DNA of 55,814 nt, counting the filler, from Circinaria calcarea (lineage: Eukaryota), in the NCBI GenBank assembly GCA_051942165.1. It is 6 parts of 6 records of this genome, joined end to end, with 100 filler letters (N's around TTAATTAATTAA, not from the genome) between each part and the next. Parts side by side here need not be neighbours in the genome. Positions count along the whole stretch, not along the records: positions 37,295 to 46,506 come from JAVECS010000962.1; positions 46,607 to 55,814 come from JAVECS010000963.1; 4 more parts are not named here. One strand, given 5' to 3'. Below the pieces are notes generated by a model, which saw nothing but the letters and a program-made list of their open reading frames with translations, had not been told where the DNA came from and made no database searches. Positions 37,436 to 49,026 of this stretch are shown piece by piece. The number at the start of each line of letters is the position of its first letter. The stretch's first letter is position 1. Position numbers and translations under genes: made by a program.

Positions 37436-38583
37436 TTAGAGATTAAGGATTCGCTTCTATTTGCATACTTCAGAAATCTACCCGAATCTCGTCGGAGCTG
37501 TCACATAATCACTTCCATAGAGTAGATAGATTCTTCTCCTTAATGGAATTCACCCCAACACAATAGCATCCCTATCGTGCAACATAAGTCACCCTCTCCA
37601 AAAGCTGTCAATCGGTCTCAGGCAGATCTTGTGAGGCTCTTCGCAAAGTGCTTCGCTCTAGCCTCCCGTTGATTCCGAAGTGTCTTCTCTGACTGCTTAA
37701 ACATCTTCTCTGAATGCCATTGCCAGCGTCATTTCGAGACACTATCCGGCAAGCAAAGGTAGTCGTGCACAATCGTGGTGGCTGCTGAATTCCACATAGA
37801 ACCCGTGTCTGGCATACCTGCTCCGGCTTGGAGAGGGTCCTTGCAGTTTATTCTGTCCTGGGCACTTGCTGGGTTGCCGAAACACTCTTCCGTATACACT
37901 GGCCTGCTCAACAACATGAAAAGGATTTTCTGGGCGGAATCCTTAGGCTACCTACAGTTTCAAGCTGCTTTCCATACTACAAATCAGTAAACTGCACATG
38001 TCCTGCAGTTGCCATGCATACGGAAGAATGTGTTCCAATATCAATGCACGGCAAGGTGCTACGGATACCAGGGTATGTACCTATATGGAAGGGCTTGCAA
38101 ATATCAAAATGTCTTATGTGTACGGAGGTAGCTTTCCTGTCACAAGCTCTTGTTATGTACCGAAGATTTGTACAAAATGCCGATGAAGATAGTAGAAATC
38201 TGCCGCTGCCTAAGGAAACTTTCAGTCTCATGTCGAGAAGTCATGATAATATTATCATTAACAAGCTAAGTTCCACAGTACGAGATCCTCCTAAATGAAT
38301 ACCTTGGTGTAAAAGCCTATGTCGCGGTTTTTTGTCTCGGTAGGCAGCGCAAGCAGTAGCGCTTCAGACACAAAGCACTCTTTGTCCTTCTGCATAGGAC
38401 AGAAGCCATGATCTATGTACGAATCGGAAGCAAGGCTCTAGAAGCATACAGAAATTCGTTATTCCTTATATAAAAGGTCTTGTCCGGACACTCAGTTATG
38501 CTTACACTATTCATCTCTCCCCATCTTCCTCCATCCTTGCTTCAAACAACGCAAGAATACTCAGCATTGAAGCCACCAGCAAA

Positions 38584-38800
38584 ATGAATACGGCGATTTT
38601 CGTTCCTAACTACCAGCAACCTAACCACCAGCAAATTGACTTGAACGTCCAGCAAGATGACTTCCTTGACAAGGAGAGAATTCAGCAGTTAGAGATCATC
38701 GATAAGCTCCGTGAGCGAGTGGAGGTTCCAATCATGGAAAAGGGTGGATACTTCTAACGCGTACTGGTAAACGCTGCCAGATCGATATCAACGAAGACGG
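38584..38800 (+). pseudogene. N-terminal fragment resembling a dynamin/Mx-like GTPase
   Basis: MNTAIF..QQLEIIDKLRER-(intron)-IDINED resembles the LD.IDKLR..G...ISLPQ lead-in of this family. It stops before the P-loop. Confidence 0.35.
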
Positions 38801-38805
38801 AACCC

Positions 38806-40591
38806 TTAAACACCCCCTTTCAATGCCACTGTCGGTGGCCGTCCTCGCTTTCGTTTTTCCACACCGATGCGCGACTGCAATGTAGGTGTAAAAGGAGGGA
38901 AATTTGCTGTTCTTCCTTCATCCTGCCCGTTTAAGGGGCCTTTGCCCGAAGCCGCATTCAAAGACGTGGAAGGTCGGGTCCTTTGACAAGATATGGGGAT
39001 CAGGGACTTGAACACAGTGGGAGACCCGTTTTTCCTTCCTGTGTTATCTTGCGGCGCTGGGGAAAGTGTGGTTGAGGCCGGATTCGGAGGCGCCTGTGGA
39101 AGCGTTGACGAAGAATGGTCCGATATCTCCTTAATGTTCTCGGATCGTTGGACCTCCACCATGAGATCCGTGCCAACTTTCTTCACGCATAATGCAAGTA
39201 AATCCAAATCTTCCAAATGAAGCCCCTTCTCGACGGATGCGTCGAGATCGGCCAAGACATTAGCTTTGTGAGTGGTGAGTCCGTACATATGAATATTATT
39301 TATTCGCTGACATAATTTTGTTAACATTTGTCGATGAGCAATGTTGTATTGTTTTATCGGGTGTAATTTATATCCGATTAAATAACCCTGATCCTTTTCT
39401 TCGCCGGCAAATGACATTTTCCAAATTGTCACGTTTGAACCGCAGCAGGTCATAACGAATATACAAAGATCTTGACAATTGTAATGACCCCCTATAATAC
39501 GTAGCTTTAATCGCTCGAATAGCAGCATAGCCGCCAAAAGTGCGATCGGCTGCTTAGCCTCCGTTTCTTGTGTATCGGTCGGTTTATTTTCGACAATAAG
39601 ATATGGAGGGTACAGGTCGAGGGGATAAAGATTGCGGATTGCGGGATATGCTTGGCCAGTATGAAATGTTTCATAATTGCTGTTCCCTTTACACGCCCTC
39701 GGAGCAAATATCATATCAGGAGAAATATGCCTGCGATTTGGAGAAACGTGCGTTTCGGTATCTTCTCTTGGCGGGAGACTATTTACTGACTTGCGACGGT
39801 TGTTTTCGATTGCATGCATAGGGGGAAGCAAAATCCTCCCTTCCGGGGAAATCAGTGAAAATCCAGGCTTGATTTGTCGAGATGCTTTGTTGTCTTTAGG
39901 AATGTAATTCGGATCCTGAGATTCTGATGGTACATCCGGTTCAGAATATCCCGGCGCTAATATGTTCGGGCGTAAAAACCACGAATATATATCAGATTCC
40001 CATTGACCCTCATTTTCCCGTCTGGCGAGAAAAACTCTGACATTCGATATAATGTCCTCGAGAAACGCCTTATCGTCATGATCGACATAGAAGGGACCAA
40101 GAATACGACGTGTAGGTATATTATCGAGTTCCGAATACAAATCCTGATTATCCGCATATGGGAATATGTTGATTCTCCTGGGCTTTAGGTAGTTGGTATT
40201 GTAAGAACGTGAACCTTTAGCGTGTGCGGTCGAGGGGATTTTTGATAGCGTCTTCATGGTAGTGGTAGTGAGAGTTAAATAATTCTGAACGTCCTCCCAG
40301 ATGCTTTTGATGAAGGCAGGATCGGTTTCGAATCCGATAGAAGGCTTAGCAGGAGATTGTTTAGCAGGAAATCGTGATTGTCGTTTTATCTGTTGCTGGC
40401 TTTATAATATATTAGTATAGAATCTAAAGAGTAATCGTCCTCGGGAAGTCTTACTTTGGTTGTTCAGGACTTCGATCTTTTAATACAGGATGTTGATTCT
40501 CTTTCGAGGCTGCAGAATGAAAATGCTTGATGGAGCGGTTATTGAGATTTTCTTGTCGATCAGTAGAATTAGCCATAGCAACTTTTGGCAT
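38806..40591 (-). CDS. Fungal PD-(D/E)XK-nuclease-like protein with C-terminal AT-hook-like motif; exons 40591-40455 and 40399-38806
   Basis: ISPDMIF..YPPYLIVENKP..EAKQPIA..IFVMTCCGSNVTIW, ending KRKRGRPP. Intron 40400-40454 joins the exons in frame. Confidence 0.6.
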
Positions 40592-40940
40592 CTTGAAAAG
40601 CGCGCTGAGTAGAAACACTTTGGACTGCAACTGCACTGTCAAGTATGTTTATTTACTTACAACTGAAATCAACAACTCCAAATCAGACAGAGGACGCTAG
40701 GACAAACGGCGTCTTCCCTCCGATAGATTAAACAACTTCTACTGGTAAGTTAAAACAAAGGACGCTACCGGCGTTTGATATACTTTTCACCGAAAAGTGG
40801 AAGGTTTAACGAGTTAATGACGTTCTCAGCTGGAATTGTGGCTGGATTTATGTGTGGCTATATTAAGCGAGCAGCCTTACCTGTGAATTAGTGTCAGCTA
40901 ATGTCGAGTAGGTAGTTAAAGGCAACTTGATTATTCCTTA

Positions 40941-41108
40941 TCCCTTAAAGTGTTGCTCTGGCAGCACGGGCTTTAATGAAATCTTTAATTCTGGCCAATC
41001 GGCGGAGAAGAAATGCCCATTTACATAGTAATTTGTGCGGGGGAACTACAATCTCCCTTACTAGTATAGCGTGCACGGTTCGTGCTACCAGAGCAACACT
41101 TTAAGGGA
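40941..41108. mobile_element. MITE, 168 bp, 28-bp TIRs, TA target duplication
   Basis: TA|TCCCTTAAAGTGTTGCTCTGGCAGCACG...CGTGCTACCAGAGCAACACTTTAAGGGA|TA, with one mismatch between the TIRs. Confidence 0.9.
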
Positions 41109-41252
41109 TACTATGGTCTAATGGGTATTAGCTGTTAAAGCCAGTATTCATCGATTGTGTAACTACAGTAGTATATACGGTAAAAGACCAGGGCATATTG
41201 TCTACCGAGTGTCAGTGAAACCATCCAGATATGAAACGTTATGCGAAACTGA

Positions 41253-42051
41253 CCTTGGTGAAGTTGTTGCCCAATCTTAGCCCATGGATAGTCTCCCTGT
41301 CAAACCTCAGAAACAGCAAAAATCATGGGGTGTAGACCTGCAGATTGCAATTGAATTGTGCGAGTACTACATACCCGAAATATGGTGGCACGTGCACCGA
41401 ATTCTAGCTTGACACTCCCCCAATCCATATAGGTTGTAGTTCTCCGGCAACGCACTAACAAACTCAATGAATTGGTTCTCAAAGACTAGCTTGGTGCCTG
41501 CCGTGGAGAAGAGAATATCTCCAGTAGACACTCGGTATACGGAGAACGAGAAAGTAGGATCATTACTCCAGACGAAGCTCAAGTCATTCGTCACGCTTGT
41601 GCTTTCCGCGTCACTGTCCGCTGTGGGTTGATGGAATGAGATTCAGATTGAAGATATCAGTCCCGTAGACATTGCAAGCCTTGCCGCCTATCAAGCTCAG
41701 ATCCGCCGTCAAACCCAATGGCGTCCAGACTACATTGGACGCTGTATAACCGGGGCATACCGTCTGCGCATCAATAGCCTGGGGATCATAGATGTTGGGT
41801 AGCAAGACAGCGCCTTGATCAGCCGTAGCCGGGACGGTAAAGATGGGTCGGAAGGCAGCCGTAGTCCCACTAATCGTTCCAGTGGGCGAACCCTGCATAG
41901 CTATCGACGAGACCGTTGCGGTCCCAATCGCTCCTCCCATGGAATGAGAAGCCGTATCCACATCGCGACTTTGCGCATAGGCGAGTTTACTCAGTAGGAT
42001 GGTAAAGTAGAAGAAGGCATTAAAGATGGAGACGGGCGAGCCGAAGACCAT
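41253..42051 (-). pseudogene. 5' fragment of a secreted GH31 alpha-glucosidase with internal deletion/frameshift
   Basis: Signal peptide, LLPNIYDPQAIDAQTVCPGYTASNV..CNVYGTDI, a frameshift, then NDLSFVWSNDPTFSF..KLVFENQFIEFVSALPENYNLYGLGE/TIHGLRLGNNFTK. No catalytic domain is present. Confidence 0.8.
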
Positions 42052-42228
42052 TGCGCCTTGCAGGGGACGGAGCTTCAGCAAGCCCGTACAAGTCGAGAGA
42101 ATGAAAGCGCAGTAGAGGCAGCCGAGGAGAAGAGCGAGGTGGAAGGCGGAGAGGGCAATGAAGGAGGTTGGAGGACAACAGGAAAGTGGCTTCACACGCC
42201 CAAATTGCGGTATCCATGCTCTTTCGTG

Positions 42229-42476
42229 TATTATGACTTCACTCTTCGACACCGTGAGGAGAAATAATTGTACTATTGTTGCTCCGCAAGCTCAATGGGT
42301 ACAAATCAGCTAATTTGAAAGAGTGGGAACAGCCTGCTTACGGTGTATAGTTCCCGGAGCACTGTGAGTCCTCGAGAGCACTTCCTGCTCCTTCTGCTCC
42401 TCCTGCTCCACTAGTCCAAGCGAGGCACTAGTCCTAGAGGGTCGTAGTTTAGTCAGCATGGCATAGCGCCATAACA
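42229..42476 (+). mobile_element. Probable solo-LTR relic (homologous to 9902-10275)
   Basis: TATTATG (probably a RIPed TGTTATG)...CATAACA ends and shared internal motifs. Confidence 0.5.
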
Positions 42477-42611
42477 TTAAAGTCAATGTTTTGAAATATT
42501 CATAACTTTATGTAGACTAGTCTTATTCAGGATGTTTTGAAGCCATATTCTGCATTATTAGCCGTACAAAAAAAATGCACTATTCAGAATATTCTTATTC
42601 GTTTATTCTTT

Positions 42612-42695
42612 GCAGAGTACCCCCCATTTTAAGATAAGTGGTACTCTGCCCCATTTTCAGCCCTATATGGGGTGGTACTCTGGGCAGAGTACCTG
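42612..42695 (-). mobile_element. TIR terminus fragment (TA|CAGGTACTCTGCCC..) with GTACTCTG/CAGAGTAC repeats
   Basis: Four copies of the 8-mer in mixed orientation, ending in CCTG-TA (Tc1/mariner-like). Confidence 0.45.
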
Positions 42696-42704
42696 TAGGG
42701 AGGA

Positions 42705-43114
42705 TGTTAGGATCGCGTGATCAGCCGATCGATTCTACGGTTGGATAAAAGCGCTTGTTAGGACGGCATCGGATTAGTGCTGGAAAATGGTGGATGAAGG
42801 GCAAATCACACAACATTTGACATTGACTTTGCTAGAGCTAGGACTAGGGCAAGGTACTGATGTGATAGCAGAAGCACGATACTAGTATGTGTAAGATACT
42901 TGTTGAGGTGAGCAACTTAGACCATGGGAAACAACTGGATCTTTATAGAAGCTTCATGACAGGGGCCCGCACTGAGGCACCGAAAGCACCATGAGCGCCA
43001 CCATCTCGGTGTGCTCAATTACGTGATCTCGGTGCACCTTCCCTGAACATCTGGGAGCCATGTCAGGCCGTAAAACAAACAGGGTTAAACCAAGGATGGA
43101 CGGTTGTCCTAATG
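42705..43114. mobile_element. Possible solo LTR (TGTTAGGA...TCCTAATG)
   Basis: Short terminal inverted ends and LTR-like composition; no TSD. Confidence 0.35.
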
Positions 43115-43294
43115 TAGTTTAGACCATAAAATCGCAACTTCAAGAAAGTCGTAATGCAAGCTTTCTATCCTCAATTCTTTACCTGGAAACCCATTGGCAT
43201 CTAGGATTGAAGACGTAAGTACCCTTGATGTTATTGCAAGGTCTGTTACTTGTTATTGAAGTCTTTCAACAACTTTGAGACGACATAAGTTCTA

Positions 43295-43465
43295 GAACGT
43301 CACTTCGCCACTTATATACCGTGCTCGACCTTTAAAGCATGGGGGATCTTCTTTAAAATGATTTCTCAGCTGCCCTACGAGGCCGTCGTCACCTTACCCA
43401 ACTCCTATCACCAGAAATTCAATGTGGGCTATAATTTGGCGAAAGCGGTCAACCATGCTGATTAA
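43295..43465 (+). pseudogene. JmjC-domain (histone demethylase-like) C-terminal relic
   Basis: ERHFATYIPCSTFKAWGIFFKMISQLPYEAVVTLPNSYHQKFNVGYNLAKAVNHAD* matches the JmjC pattern Q.PGE.V.TFP..YH.GFN.G.N.AEAVN, including the third Fe-ligand His. It is absent from the ORF track. Confidence 0.7.
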
Positions 43466-43752
43466 AGTGGAATATCCTGGGATACCGGAACTGCGACGAA
43501 TCATGTTCCGCGTGCTTGAATGCTTCTAGTCTAATATGGTGCAGTCATGCAATCGTCTGCTGTTGAAGCACTTGATTGTCGGCTATGGGCACAGGTGGAA
43601 CCAGGGATACAAAGCACAGCTGGTTAATAGATAGGAAATCACAGTTCACCAGTAGCAGATTGTATTTCTCATTATGGTCTATGTTTTTGATTGCAGACCA
43701 AAGACTTTTCATCATAAAACTAAGCATCACAAGGCTGACCTGCCGGGTATAA

Positions 43753-45099
43753 TCATTGCTTTCGAGGTCGACCTCGTCTCGGTTTCTGTATCTCTGCTGG
43801 AATTCCATGCTGTGCTTGCTTCGTTGCTGCCAATAGTTGCAAGAGGCACGGCGGTTTCTCTGGTGTGGGCAGAGATTTTGCGATCGTCTGGCGACCGCGA
43901 TTTAACTTTGGCCGCTTCCGCTGGCCCTTTGCATGCCTGCGCTGTGCTGGTAGTCCGGCCTCAAAATCGCCAACGAGATCAGTCGCCCTCCCCAATTCGC
44001 TCAAGGGCATCAACGTCGGAGTCCAATTCACCCAGTAGTACACCTCACCATTGACTTCTTCTTTACCAATTATATCGTCGATCTCATGTTCCCGATCATC
44101 TTGTCCTCTTGGCATGACAGATTGATTCCCTGCGACATGGGTGCTTTCAGGCGCGGAGATACCTTTGGCGTTATTACTTGGCTCGACGTCCACGGGGGCT
44201 GCTGCGTCGCCGTCTGGGTCAAGCCCAGCTTGACTCTCCTTGTGCTGACGTCTAAGCGCTTGTATTGTCAGTATATCTGACTGCTGGGCTGCCGAACCGG
44301 CTGCTACCACTGGGGCCGATGTAAAACAAGGGGAATCGTTTCCGTCGTCCAACATTTCCCACCCAAGGGCGTATTCGCCTTCAAGCTCGGCATGGCCTGT
44401 CATCGCTCGAACTTCACCGAAGGGGTGACTAACACTAGGCTCCCGAACACAAGGCTGCTCCCGGCTGTCGGTGGGTACTGCTCCCGATGTGTTGTCTAGT
44501 TCGAAGCCGTCGATATCCAGGAACTCGGGCTGAAAAAATCCTGGCGGGTATCGAAAGTAGGCTGGCTGTTTCCGCAAAGACCTGACATCGTCTTCACCTT
44601 GGCATTTCTGACCACTGCTGATTTCATGCGCACTGTCTGGGATCATGATTGGACGACCTATCACTGGTCAGTTGCAAGAACAGTGGCATAAAGTATCGTA
44701 CGTACCTGAGCTCCTACGCTCTGCAAGCTCCTTGTTATTGTATTCGAAGATTCTGAGGCCGTCTACTTCAATAGCCGCCGGTGGTGCCTTGGCTGGTACA
44801 ATCCCAGGCTCAGCCGAAGGCTCGTCGTCACAATCGTCCGGTTGTGTCTGGCTACCCTGGCGCGTTATTGGAGATGTGTCGGTCGCGCTGAGGCATGTGG
44901 CGGAGTACGGGCTGGAGTATTGACGAAAGGGTTGGGACCTAAAAGGGGCCTGACGAATGGAGGATGAAGGAGGACCAAAAGGTGCTAATACGCCTGCCAT
45001 TATGAATTGTCTGAAGTGTCGAGGGAGGGAAAGTTTACTGAATAAGGGAGCGGTCGATGCGGGTGTATTTGTACATGTCCCGCACTTCATGCCCTCCAT
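43753..45099 (-). pseudogene. Chromodomain + AT-hook protein, split by in-frame TGA at 44668-44670 (degenerate coding likely extends to ~46107)
   Basis: EHEIDDIIGKEEVNGEVYYWVNWTPTLMPLSEL..LVGDFE is chromo-like, and the C-terminal KPRRGRPRKQ is an AT-hook. ORFs 44668-45099 and 43753-44664 share one frame. Confidence 0.65.
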
Positions 45100-46438
45100 A
45101 TTTTGCGGTATATCCCAAGCATGCCTTGCTCGCCGCGCCGTCTTTTTGCCCTAGGAATATGCCTAGTCAGGCGCCACTTACTGCAGAAAACGGACTGTCT
45201 CAAAAGGCAACATGGGATAGACCCCTAAAGGAGAACGCCGCGTAATCTCCAGACCCCGAGTGCGAACAGGGATAGATTCATCGTCGCTACTGCCATCCTC
45301 CAGGAGGCCGCAACCAGGCTCCTGGATTGGCTACAGGGTGAGAATCGGCCGATGGCGGTGGCGTTTCCCGATCGTTGCCTTCACCGAGGATTGTGCTGCA
45401 GGACTGGGGGTGGCAGGGCAAGAGTGAAAACCACGCCGCCATAAAAAGTGGCTCTTGTACCAACTCCAAACGGCAACTCCGACCACCCGCGTATCCAACC
45501 TCCTTGATAGTTTGCAGGCCAGGCCCTTGACACACGGCCGAGTCGGCTCGCGCCATTGGCTTGTTGATCATAATGTGAGACCGCACCGCGACAGCAGCCG
45601 CTTCTACCAACGCGAGGCGGGTTTCAACTCCGTCGGCACAATCTCCGTCCGTCTGCATCTTGGTCGCCACTGTAACGCAGCGCTACGCCACCATGCTGCG
45701 GATGCCCGGAAAAGCAAGCGGCATGAAGCCCCAACCCGTGCTTTGACATAGATTCCTGCTATTCCAATCCACGAAACCTGGGGATCAATTCCTGCCTGGC
45801 ACACCAAGGACCTGGGGAAAGCGGTCGAACCGTGAGAAGCACAGCATTTCTACTGCACGTCGCGGCCGGACCAATATCGCCGGGGCGCGGAATTTTGAGC
45901 CGGTAGTTATAAGACAGGCAAGACCCGCACCGCGCACATGATCCTTCTGCTGATAAATAGTAAAACAGTAGGATTGTATTCGGGACGCGGTGCGCCGATC
46001 ATGTTTTCACAGGACAGGCGAAACAGGTGGGTCTGGTTGTCATGATCACATACCGCCCGAAAGCTATCCCTGGGCACTGTAGTCGACGCTAGCGGTACCT
46101 TCAACATAACGGCAGCCGGTGTAATGGGGAGGCGAGCGAATTAAGGGATGGATCATGGATCAGGATATGAACGACAGCGCGACAATGATGCCTCGTCGAG
46201 GGGGGGGAAGGATGGCGGAAGGGACGGCACGGAGATAGGCAGCAGTCGAGGCGGCTGAGAGGTCGGAGCGAAGATTGGGAAAGGTAGATGGAAGGAGGGA
46301 GGGAGAGATGATGGAGAAACGGCGCTGGATTTATACGTGAGGTCAAGGCTCGTTTTGCCGGCTCGGACCCCGACGCTAGAGCGGCGCAGGGCGAAGCGAG
46401 CAAGTTTAACCCGATGCGGGGAGCTCCACTACCAGATA

Positions 46439-46506
46439 TCCCTTAGCTATGCCGCATCCGGTTAAATGCCGCAGCATATCCCCCCCCTCTATTTTTAATA
46501 ATTTAT
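46439..46506 (+). mobile_element. TIR end of a DNA transposon (TA|TCCCTTAGCTATGCCGCATCCGG..), body extending into the gap
   Basis: Matches 37413-37435 in inverted orientation and is preceded by TA. Confidence 0.6.
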
Positions 46507-46606
46507 NNNNNNNNNNNNNNNNNNNNNNNNNNNNNNNNNNNNNNNNNNNNTTAATTAATTAANNNNNNNNNNNNNNNNNNNNNNNNNNNNNNNNNNNNNN
46601 NNNNNN
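46507..46606. other. Artificial contig linker
   Basis: N44-TTAATTAATTAA-N44. Confidence 0.97.
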
Positions 46607-46719
46607 TTATTTAATTCTATAAGATATTAAATTTACAGCACGCTTCTTTTTTAAATCCGAGATTAGTATTTATCTGGCTTTAGATATAACTTTACCTTCT
46701 ATTGAAATTTTTAAATCTC

Positions 46720-49026
46720 CTATATTATAACTATAACCTCTTTTTGAATTGAAGATAAAAGATTGGTTGATTTTTCCACCCTACTCCGTAACTCTATATA
46801 CCCCACGCGCTGAAACGCCCTTCCTTCGGATATTTGCATAGCTAAAAACATCTTTATAAACTTATCACCTCCAAGATATGCCAGCCTGCAGTTGTCTAGC
46901 TCGGGTTTCGGTTACTCGAAATCCAAGCCAATGCTATGGTGATACGGCTTTGGAGGCCAATTACTGAATTTTAATGTTGATTCCAGGTCCGAAGCTCTTA
47001 GGATCCGGGCTTCTAGAGCAATGAATGCGCCCTTAACCATTCCGAATGGCGTTCCATGCGACACGAGTTGTACACCGCTATTGATTAACTTAGCATCGGT
47101 GCGCTCGGGTTCCCTAATCGAAACTGAGTAGGGTACCGTGACCCACGACCAACTGGGTGAACCGATACGCTTGGTGCAGTGTACGCCGTCAATGTTCCTT
47201 GGCAGTCCGACGCGCTGCAACGTGGACGTGGACCGATGCCAGCCCAGGTGCTGGATGATAGTTTTCTTCCAAAAGCCGGCAAGATAGACAAGATGGACAT
47301 CGTTCCACGATATGGCAAGTTCAGTGGCTATGCCAGCCAGAGCCGGTAGACGGTCCTCAAAAAGCGTCAGATCTCTCCCGCTGTACTCTCCAACAATACG
47401 CTTCCATATTTGATTTTGGGTGGTTGTTAGGTAGTACTCCCTGCTCCACTCTGTTCTCCGAGCAAGGTTTTCGTCCACAAGACCAAACACAGACACGGGC
47501 AGCTTAAGATGAAACTCGAAGTCCAGGTATGTCTCGTGCACGGGCTGGAATCCCTATCCTATACACTTGACGGTGATCTGACATGAGTCGAACACGAGGC
47601 GCGAGGTGATTAGAGAAGCTCCTGAAAAGTCCAGGCCCTTTGGAAGATAGGTTCTTCGTTGGAATATATCGCGTCGGAATCATGCCTTCTCAGGTAAACT
47701 GTCCCAGACGTGGAATTATCAACAAACATAGGAAGCTGCGCGATGGGTTCGTTGGGTTTCCCGTTCCATAGAAAGCCATCCGTCACTTTTTCTGCGCTGG
47801 CTACCACGATTACTACGGTCGAATTTTTATATATTGACCCCATCTTGGCAATTTCGTTAGACTTATCGCTGCTATCATCCTGGATGATACAAAAGGCATC
47901 AATCCAAAGATAGCGAATGCCAACCTTTCGACATACCTCGACCGCATCAGAGATTGTTTTTGGTAGATGACGTGGCAAGGCGAATGTATGATCGTGGAGA
48001 TTTGAAGTAGTAGTAGTCAGCTGCTGCACGCCACTTCCCCAGCAGTAACTCAGGGCGGCATACCATGCTTTCTCGTTGTTGAGGGACTCGTGAAGCCGGA
48101 CTGTTGAGTTGTCGGCTCCAACGTCAAGCACCCTCCGCGGCAGCTTAGGAGTACTTCCCCGAGGACAAGAGGGGTGCTTATTCAGGCAGTCCTCGAGCCA
48201 TCGGCGAATTTTGGCGACCTTTTCGGGGTTTAGATCTTTAGACTCTCGTCTCCCAGGCACGAAACCCGAAGCTGGGTCGGCTATGCCATTATCAGCATTA
48301 CTATCAAAGATTTTCTCCCCGTCATGTCAACTTACCCTCCAACGTTACGAGATTGAATCTTGCCCACTCTAAGATTCTAGGTGCTGGATCCATTGGAAAC
48401 TGCACGTCGAGGCTGTGCAAGTGAATGTTGTTCAGAGGGTGCCTCGAGAGCCTACCCTCCACGGGAGACGGCAAACGAGTCAATGTAGCAAGAATCCGAA
48501 TCTCGGCACGGGTGACCGATCCGTCATCCTCGTAGTCCCAATCTTCATGCTCCGTGACGTCCCAAATCACTCGGCAGAGCGCACAGCCGGCGGCTGCCGT
48601 TTCTTGAATCTCGTACCAGTTGAAATGCTTGTAACCACCGTCGCTGAGAAGCGCACCAAGTCCTTCTGGTGTTCCGGTCATGGATTCGCACTTTGCGCAG
48701 CATCGAGGGCTGCTGCCAGGGAATGCTGGCCAGACTATATCGTCTCTTCGCGTTGGCCTGGTCGGTGCGAACCCTCTCTCATGAGATTCTAGGTGGCTGT
48801 TGTCGATATCCTTACCTTCGTCGCTACATAGACTTTCGCGAGCAAGGGCAGCGAACTCAGGCCGCACCATGTCTAACTGATTCCGGACAACCTTTGTGTG
48901 CCTGGACAATTCTCCGCGGAGGTTGGCGTTGTCACTGCCATTTCCGTCCTCACTGCCGTTGCTATTATGGCTCCATGGGATTTTGCGTTTGAGAACGCTA
49001 CTACCAGCGGCCATTTGCATTGACAA
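46720..49026 (-). pseudogene. HET-domain (TOL-like) gene, pseudogenised; intron 48281-48335
   Basis: IRRWLEDCLNKHPSC..LPRRVLDV..YAALSYCWG..LPKTISDAV..YLWIDAFCIIQDD..RAWTFQELL. Lesions: TAA 47610-47612, frameshift ~47600, TAG 47554-47556, TAA 46912-46914. The frame then resumes (FQRVGY) to a TAG at 46720-46722. Confidence 0.85.

Noticed and set aside
37440..38300. Degenerate ORF-like sequence beside the TIR end
   Set aside because: It has multiple stops and no motif I can recognise.
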